Shown piece by piece: positions 47,350-53,645 of a stretch of 53,645 nucleotides of DNA. Below the pieces are notes generated by a model that saw only the letters and a list, made by a program, of their open reading frames with translations, was not told the origin of the DNA and made no database searches. This DNA is from Pseudomonadota bacterium (GTDB taxonomy: Bacteria; Pseudomonadota; Alphaproteobacteria; Rhizobiales; Xanthobacteraceae), in the NCBI GenBank assembly GCA_023390955.1, contig JAEWBW010000123.1, positions 1 to 53,645 of the forward strand, given 5' to 3'. Both the position numbers and the translations under genes were made by a program. How positions within the stretch are numbered: the stretch's first letter is position 1; each line of letters opens with the position of its first letter.

Positions 47350-49187
47350 GTATGCCTCCTCCTTGCGCCGGACGCTTCCTCTCCCTTGCTCGGGAGCGCC
47401 TTCTTGCTGCCGCGATGCTCCGAGGGCTTTTGCTTGTGGGTGAGGTTGTGAGCGGTGTTCACCAGCGCGATATGAGAGAAAGCTTGGGGGAAGTTCCCGA
47501 CCAAGCGCTTGCGCCCCGGATCGTACTCTTCCGACAGCAGACCGACATCGTTGCGCAGCGCGAGAAGCCGCTCGAAGATCGCCTTGGCGTCGGCATCTCG
47601 TCCGATCAGGTGGTACGCATCGGCCAGCCAGAAGCTGCAGGCCAGAAACATACCTTCACCGGGCGGCAGTCCGTCCTTGGTTGCCGTCGTATCGTATCGC
47701 TGTACGAAACCGTCGGTCAGCAGCTCGCGCTCGATGGCATTGATGGTCGAAGTCACCCGTGGATCTTCTGGCGGCAAAAATCCGACTGCCGGGATCAGCA
47801 ACAGGGACGCATCAAGTTGAGGTTCACCGTAGACCTGGACAAAGGTCTGCCGTCGCTCATCGTAGCCCTTCTGGCATACATCCTCCTGAATGGCGGCACG
47901 CTCCGCCTTCCAATCGTCTACGGGGCCATCCATCCCGAATTCATCGGCTGATTTGATGGCGCGATCGAAGGCGACCCATGCCATGATCTTCGAATATGTG
48001 AAATGCTTGGCGCCGCCTCGCACTTCCCAAATGCCCTCATCCGGCTTAGTCCAGATATCCTTTAGATGATCGAGCAGGGCACATTGAATCGCCCAGGCTC
48101 GCTTGTTCTCGCGGAGGCCGCCGCGGCGCGCCTGGTAGAGCGCGTCCATCAGCTCGCCGTATACGTCGAGCTGCAGTTGAGTGTGAGCAGCGTTTCCGAT
48201 TCGCACTGGCTTTGAGTTTTCGTATCCAGACAGCCACGGCACTTCCCACTCGGTCAACCTGCGCTCGCCTGTGACCGCGTACATGATCTGCAACTGGTTC
48301 GGGCTTCCTGCCACCGTCCGGATGAGCCAGTCCCGCCAGGCTCGCGCCTCGTCGTAGTAGCCGGCGCCCATGAGAGCCAGGAGCGTCAGCGTGGCATCGC
48401 GGACCCAGCAGAAGCGATAGTCCCAGTTTCGGGGACCGCCGATTTGCTCGGGAAGCGACGATGTCGCTGCGGCGACAATACCGCCGCTCGGTCCAAAGGT
48501 CAGCGCTTTGAGGGTGATGAGAGATCTCGAGACCTGCTCGGAATATGGACCTGCCGCTTCGCAGCGGCTGGACCAGTCGCGCCAGTAGCGCTCAGTACGT
48601 TCCAGAAGAAGCCACGGATCTTCGGGAGGGGCTGGATCCTCATACGAAGTTTGATAGGAGAGTACGAAGGTGCTGCTCTGACCGCGTCCGACAGGGAACG
48701 AGCCAACCGTTTTCATGGATTCGCCGCGCAGCGGAACCGCGGTGCGTAGCACCAGCATGGACGCTCCTGCGACGAGGCTGACCGCACCATCCTCAAGCCC
48801 GCTCACCCATGGCACGCTAATTCCGTAGTCGAAACGTGCGACAAGCTCGCTACGCAATTCGACCGTGCCTTCGAGACCCTCAACTATCCGGACGACCTTC
48901 GACGCGCCAGTCTTTGGAGGCATGAAGTCGATGAGACGCACGCGGCCCGTCTCGGTCGTGAAGATCGTTTCAAGGATTAGCGTGCCCGGTTGATAACGAC
49001 GCTCGCTGACCTGTGAACCGGTGGGGCAGAGGCGCCAATATCCATTGCTCTCATCACCCAACAGCCGCGCGAAGCAGCTATCCGAGTCGAATCGTGGAAG
49101 GCACAACCAATCAATCGAGCCGTCGCGCCCGACCAGCGCTCCGGTCTCACAATCGCCAATGAGTGCGTAGTCTTCGATCTGCGCCAT
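47346..49187 (-). CDS. Glycoside hydrolase family 15 (glucoamylase/trehalase-like)
   Basis: IEDYALIGD, GSIDWLC.PRFDS, TSSLPE..GG.RNWDYR.CW.RD, DEGIWEVRG, GLLSEE, GNFPQAFSH. Confidence 0.93.
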   Translation of the reverse strand: MAQIEDYALIGDCETGALVGRDGSIDWLCLPRFDSDSCFARLLGDESNGYWRLCPTGSQVSERRYQPGTLILETIFTTETGRVRLIDFMPPKTGASKVVRIVEGLEGTVELRSELVARFDYGISVPWVSGLEDGAVSLVAGASMLVLRTAVPLRGESMKTVGSFPVGRGQSSTFVLSYQTSYEDPAPPEDPWLLLERTERYWRDWSSRCEAAGPYSEQVSRSLITLKALTFGPSGGIVAAATSSLPEQIGGPRNWDYRFCWVRDATLTLLALMGAGYYDEARAWRDWLIRTVAGSPNQLQIMYAVTGERRLTEWEVPWLSGYENSKPVRIGNAAHTQLQLDVYGELMDALYQARRGGLRENKRAWAIQCALLDHLKDIWTKPDEGIWEVRGGAKHFTYSKIMAWVAFDRAIKSADEFGMDGPVDDWKAERAAIQEDVCQKGYDERRQTFVQVYGEPQLDASLLLIPAVGFLPPEDPRVTSTINAIERELLTDGFVQRYDTTATKDGLPPGEGMFLACSFWLADAYHLIGRDADAKAIFERLLALRNDVGLLSEEYDPGRKRLVGNFPQAFSHIALVNTAHNLTHKQKPSEHRGSKKALPSKGEEASGARRRHT

Positions 49188-49205
49188 TGAAGTGCTCGTT
49201 CGCAC

Positions 49206-49231
49206 AATGGGCAACCGCCAGGTCAAGTTCC
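49206..49231 (-). promoter_or_regulatory. EcfG/RpoE2-type general stress promoter for the GH15 operon
   Basis: Minus strand GGAAC-N17-CATT shortly before ATG 49187. Confidence 0.55.
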
Positions 49232-49827
49232 CGGAGCGGCCTTAGCAGAGCTTATACTTTCGTTAATGTTCCGCCGGACCACAGCGATGAGGTCTACTCC
49301 CGGCGAGCGATGCTCAGACGTGATGAACGTTCGTTTTTGCGTCACCCCTCCGAAATTGCTGCCTGGCAGTGTTGCTGCCGCCGAGCGGGTCACCGGGCGG
49401 TGGCGTGACTTGGTGCGGATGCCGCGCACGGACTTCGAGGCGGAGCCGAGGTGTGTTCTTCAAGCCGGACGGCAACTTCGCTGCGTTACGGACGAGCGCG
49501 GGCAAGGCCCGAGGAATCGACTGATCCGGCCGGGCTCCCGAATAGCTTGGCGCTACTAGTACAAGGGCAGTTTACATGATGGCAGCCGATACGAAGCTGA
49601 CAAGGAGCGCCGACGCGGCCCGCGCCAGCCGGACGTCAATTGGTAGGGCATCCTGCTAAAAGCGGCCCCGGCCCGGGGGTAGGGGTGGGGCGTCGGGCGG
49701 GGCCGCTTTGCCAGCTCGGGTGGCGAGTCAGCAGAACAGTTTAATTTCGGCGGCCTGCTTGAGTTCCTTGACTATTGTTTGATGCCGCGCTTCGGTACGC
49801 TGGCGTACCTTGAGGTGGGGCGGGCGT

Positions 49828-50169
49828 ATGGTGGATCTACTAAAGAAAGCGACCGAGCAACTCGAAGCACCGATCTGTCCGGCCTGCCGGATCCAAATGA
49901 GATGGTTTCGCTCCGAGCTTGTGCAGGACGAGCCTGATCCATCGATCGTCCATTTGTTTGTGTGCTCGAACTGCACGCGGGCGGATAGGAAGACGACTAA
50001 ATTCACTCCTACCCGTGTGCTGCCGGACAGCCTTTCGGCCCCCAGGTACGTTTCGCATAGCGGCGGTAAGCGGCCGGTCGCGATGCGCTCCGCAAGGCGC
50101 CATCGTCCAGGCGGGCCTATCGACAACAGATACCCGACGCTCGGCCACACCTGGGTAGCGCGCCTTTGA
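49828..50169 (+). CDS. Small zinc-ribbon hypothetical protein
   Basis: CPACRIQMRWFRSELV...HLFVCSNC. Confidence 0.6.
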   Translation: MVDLLKKATEQLEAPICPACRIQMRWFRSELVQDEPDPSIVHLFVCSNCTRADRKTTKFTPTRVLPDSLSAPRYVSHSGGKRPVAMRSARRHRPGGPIDNRYPTLGHTWVARL

Positions 50170-50185
50170 CGGCGCGCGACCTACC

Positions 50186-50210
50186 GGAACCTCGCTTCTG
50201 GGCAAACGTT
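50186..50210 (+). promoter_or_regulatory. EcfG-type general stress promoter
   Basis: GGAAC-N16-CGTT exact consensus upstream of the ion channel gene. Confidence 0.75.
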
Positions 50211-50252
50211 TTCCACCGAATGCGGCTTTGTAAGCGCTGAGAATGGCGTCGA

Positions 50253-51035
50253 GTGCACTCGGAACTCGAACAACAGAGAGATGAACGTTGGAGTGTCCTC
50301 TCCGACTTGGAGGGCTGGCTCGAACGTCCCATGCTCTTGTTGAGCTTCGCCTGGCTCGTTCTGGTGCTCCTTGAACTGACCGGCTACGAAAGTCACGCCC
50401 TTGAGGTTTTCGGCACCTCGATCTGGTTGATCTTCAGCGCAGAGTTCGTCCTGCGCTTCGTGATCGCGCCGAGCAAGATCGCCTTTCTCAAAAACAACTG
50501 GCTGACGGTGATTGCGCTGGTTGTCCCCGCGTTGCGCCTCTTTCGGGGGATCGCAATCCTGCGGCCGGCCCGGGCGTTGCGTTGCGTCCGCCTGGTGAAG
50601 GTCGTCGGCAGCGCTAACCGCGGGATGAAAGCCCTCGCGGCCAGCTTTGAGCGCCGCGGCGTCGGCTACGCGATAGCTACGACTATCGTGGTGGCGCTGT
50701 TGGGCGCTGGCGGCATGCTGGCCTTCGAGCCGGCGGACAAGGTGGCGGGCGGCTTCGAAAGTTATGGCGATGCGCTGTGGTGGACGAGCATGCTCCTCAC
50801 CACGATCGGCTCGCAGTTCTGGCCTCAGACCGCGGAGGGCCGGCTCCTATGCTTCCTGCTTTCGCTCTACGGGCTGGCCGTGTTCGGATACATCACCGCC
50901 AGCCTGGCGTCGTTTTTCGTCGGCCGCGATGCAGCACGCTCCGGTGATTCACTGCCGGAGATCTCCGCTCTGCGTGGCGAGATCGCCGCGCTACGCAGGC
51001 AGATGCAGCGCGAGCGGGACGAGCGGCAGGCATGA
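50253..51035 (+). CDS. Voltage-gated-type ion channel / ion transporter
   Basis: S4-like LRLFRGIAILRPARALRCVR; pore region YGDALWW...TTIGSQFWPQTAEGR; C-terminal coiled coil. Confidence 0.85.
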   Translation: MHSELEQQRDERWSVLSDLEGWLERPMLLLSFAWLVLVLLELTGYESHALEVFGTSIWLIFSAEFVLRFVIAPSKIAFLKNNWLTVIALVVPALRLFRGIAILRPARALRCVRLVKVVGSANRGMKALAASFERRGVGYAIATTIVVALLGAGGMLAFEPADKVAGGFESYGDALWWTSMLLTTIGSQFWPQTAEGRLLCFLLSLYGLAVFGYITASLASFFVGRDAARSGDSLPEISALRGEIAALRRQMQRERDERQA

Positions 51036-51176
51036 GCCGCTGGGCTTTCTCCCAACCTTCCCGCAAGCGCGCCGCCTGGCTGATCAGGGATCGTTCGGTC
51101 GATCGGGAAAAAGTGGAAACAATTTGTACTTCGGCGAGTTGCCAAGGACTGACATCTCCGCATTCGGAGCTTGAGA

Positions 51177-51386
51177 ATGGCAGACACCGTGGCCTTGCGG
51201 ACGGCGGTAGAAACAGCCTGGTCCATGTTTTGCGCGACCCACGAAGGTGTCGTTGCCGCCGACGGCCAGTGCTGTCTGCTCGAGCGCCATCTTCAGGGAC
51301 GGTGCGAAGCGGGCAGTGAGGACGTCGAGGAGCTTGCGAGCTTCGGCCTCGCCTACCTCGCGCGGCTTCCTGAAGACGAATGCTGA
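51177..51386 (+). CDS. Small hypothetical protein, 69 aa
   Basis: MADTVALRTAVETAW...LLERHLQGR...GLAYLARL; GGAG upstream and GAAAC-N16-AGTT at 51116-51140. Confidence 0.6.
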   Translation: MADTVALRTAVETAWSMFCATHEGVVAADGQCCLLERHLQGRCEAGSEDVEELASFGLAYLARLPEDEC

Positions 51387-51523
51387 GAAAGCTCGAGAGA
51401 TTCGTGGCTCGGATTGCTGCCCGCAGCGCGCGTTCCGAATGGACCCTATTGGCCGTGTCGTATCTCTTATCGGGAGTTGTCGTCTTGGCCATGCGCGTCG
51501 CCTTCGGGGAGGCCGGGTAGCGC

Positions 51524-52588
51524 ATGCGCATCGCCCAGTTGGCTCCTCTCGCTGAAAGCTTGCCGCCCAAGCTATACGGAGGCACTGAGCGCGTGGTCGC
51601 CTGGCTGGTGGACGAACTCGTCGACCTCGGCCACCACGTCACCCTGTTCGCGAGCGGCGACTCCCGAACCAAAGGTGAGCTTCATCCGGTATGGCCGCGG
51701 GCGCTGCGTCTCGGCCGCAAAGGCGCCGACCCCAGCGCCGCCTGCTCTCTTCTCCTCGAAGCCATCGCGAAACGGGCCGCCGAGTTCGACGTGATCCACT
51801 CTCACGTGGATTGGTTGCCGTTGCCGCTGCTCAGCCGATCGAAAGTGCCGTTTCTCACGACCGCGCATGGCCGGCTGGACCTCCCAGGATTGCCCGACGT
51901 CGTTCGGGAGTTTCCCGAAGCGGGGTTTGTTTCGATTTCCGACAACCAGCGCCAGCAGCTTCCGAAGGCGAAATGGATCGCAACGATCCATCATGGCCTG
52001 CCGTCAGGCCTGCTTCGCCCATCCTACGACAAAGGGTCCTACCTGGCGTTCCTTGGGCGCCTGACCGCGGAGAAGGGGCCGGTGGACGCCATCCGGATCG
52101 CCGAGGCAGTCGGCATGCCGCTCCGGATCGCGGCTAAGATTCCGAGGGCCGAAACCGCCTACTTCAAGAGGCAGCTGCAGCCACACATCGATGGCGAACG
52201 AGTCACTCTGGTCGGTGAAGTGGACGATGCCGAGAAGGAGCCCTTCCTCGCCGGTGCGGCCGCCTTGCTGTTTCCGATCGATTGGCCCGAGCCGTTCGGT
52301 TTGGTGATGATCGGCGATGGCCTGCGGGACCCCCGTGATCGCCTACCGCTCCGGCTCCGTGCCGGAAGTCATCGAAGACGGTCTCACCGGCTTCATCGTC
52401 GACGGCGAGGAAGACGCCGTCCGGGCCGTTCGCGATCTGCCGCGTCTGGACCGACGGCTATTCGCTCCCGGTTCGAGGAGCGGTTCACGGCCGTCCGAAT
52501 GGCGAGAGATTATGAGTCGCGCTACCGCGAGCTCCTCACTGAGGCGGAAGGTGAGGCGCGTGTCCCCGAGAGAGAGTCGGCCAAATGA
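51524..52588 (+). pseudogene. GT4 glycosyltransferase with two compensating frameshifts
   Basis: MRIAQLAP..PPKLYGGTERVV, FLGR...EKG, WPEPFGLVMI; expected AMACGTPVIA segment lies in another frame (52314-52457). Confidence 0.8.
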
Positions 52589-53595
52589 AAGAACAGCCCA
52601 TGTGGTCTCGGAGATCGTACTTGGCGCTCGTTTTGGTCGCGTCGCTCGCCGCTGGTTCGGCGGTGGCGACCGAACTGAACCCGGATGCGATCAATTCGGC
52701 CCAGCCGTCGAAGAGATCGCTCTCCAAGGACAAGGCGACGTCGGCTGGCGTCCGGTTGCAGGTGCTGCTCGACAGGGCGCACTTTTCACCGGGCGAGATC
52801 GACGGCAAGTTCGGAGAGAATGCGAGAAAGGCCTTGCGTGCGTACGCGGAGGCCCAGCAACTACCGAGCGCCGATCAACCGACGGAAGATGTCTTGAAGG
52901 CGCTGCGCGCTGACGGTCGGCCGGTCACTTCCGACTACACCATCACCGAGAAGGACGTGGCTGGTCCATTCCTTGAGAAGCTTCCTTCGAAAATGGAGGA
53001 CATGAAGGACATTCCGAGACTCGGCTACACCAGTCCGCGAGAGGCGATCGCCGAGAAGTTTCACATGAGCGAACAACTTCTGGCGGCCCTGAATCCTGGA
53101 AAGAAGTTTGACCGCGCCGGCGAAGCCATCGTGGTGGTGGACACGGGCGCCGCGGAGGGCGGCGAGGCCGCTAAGGCAGACAGGATCGAGGTGGACAAGA
53201 CCCGGCAGGCCATCAAGCTCTTCGACAAATCGAACACACTGATCGGTTTCTATCCGGCGACCGTCGGAAGCGAAGAGAAACCATCGCCGTCCGGCACGCT
53301 GAAGGTGACCGAGGTCAGCCGCAATCCGACCTACCGTTACAACCCGGACTACCACTTCAAGGGCGTGCGCTCCGACAAGCCATTCACGATCAAGCCCGGT
53401 CCCAACAACCCCGTCGGCACGACGTGGATCAGCTTGTCGGCCGAAGGATACGGCATCCACGGCACGCCCGATCCTGGCAAGGTCTCCAAGGCTGAATCGC
53501 ACGGCTGCGTGCGCCTCGCGAATTGGGATGCCGAGCGCGTGGCGGCGAGTGTTTCGAAAGGCACGCCCGTTGAATTCGCGGCCGGCCGCGAGTGA
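52585..53595 (+). CDS. L,D-transpeptidase (YkuD family) with peptidoglycan-binding-like domain
   Basis: LQVLLDRAHFSPGEIDG, PGPNNPVG, YGIHGTP, SHGCVRLANWD. Confidence 0.92.
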   Translation: MKEQPMWSRRSYLALVLVASLAAGSAVATELNPDAINSAQPSKRSLSKDKATSAGVRLQVLLDRAHFSPGEIDGKFGENARKALRAYAEAQQLPSADQPTEDVLKALRADGRPVTSDYTITEKDVAGPFLEKLPSKMEDMKDIPRLGYTSPREAIAEKFHMSEQLLAALNPGKKFDRAGEAIVVVDTGAAEGGEAAKADRIEVDKTRQAIKLFDKSNTLIGFYPATVGSEEKPSPSGTLKVTEVSRNPTYRYNPDYHFKGVRSDKPFTIKPGPNNPVGTTWISLSAEGYGIHGTPDPGKVSKAESHGCVRLANWDAERVAASVSKGTPVEFAAGRE

Positions 53596-53645
53596 GCGTT
53601 ATTCATCTAGATAAACGTCCGTTCATCGTCGTCCTTGTTCTTTGG

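Larger units (their letters stand above)
26474..53645 (-). mobile_element. Tn7-like transposon (tnsA, tnsB, tnsC, tniQ) with cargo; other end not seen, so right boundary is open
   Basis: One complete end, core transposition genes at 29098-36780, accessory-type genes beyond; no inverted end array found in window. Confidence 0.78.

Noticed and set aside
49658..49709. G-quadruplex-like run GGGGGTAGGGGTGGGG...GGGCGGGG
   Set aside because: Lies within an AAAGCGGCCCCG/CGGGGCCGCTTT hairpin, more simply a terminator-like structure; G-runs are common at this GC content

Overview
GC-rich alphaproteobacterial chromosome segment; gene content and style suggest Bradyrhizobium (inference, not verified). 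Left part (1-26473): the end of an ABC substrate-binding gene, a sigma54-driven orphan gene, and a GH10/glycosyltransferase/Wzx polysaccharide module. Then a 15-kb six-gene redox operon: giant MnxG-like multicopper oxidase, beta-propeller, a LodA/GoxA-type CTQ oxidase fused to a heme-oxygenase-like diiron domain, LodB-like flavoprotein, double-SCO protein and a cytochrome c/periplasmic-binding fusion. This is followed by TctC, HutD, a class III cyclase, two secreted proteins, a collapsed tRNA remnant, an unannotated 42-aa zinc-finger gene and an amidohydrolase. At 26474 a Tn7-family element begins (TGT plus four TTTGAAAACGACTCG-type repeats) and appears to run past the window end. It encodes tnsA, tnsB, tnsC and tniQ with no Cas genes in view, interleaved with stand-alone paralogues of single TnsB domains, a degenerate second TnsA and an rve-only protein. 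Its apparent cargo is a general-stress gene cluster with EcfG-type promoters, partly frameshifted. Best candidates for undescribed systems: (1) the oxidase + LodA-diiron fusion operon; (2) the Tn7 module with its set of transposase domain satellites, probably inserted just downstream of a tRNA. All family calls come from motif recognition by eye; no searches were run.
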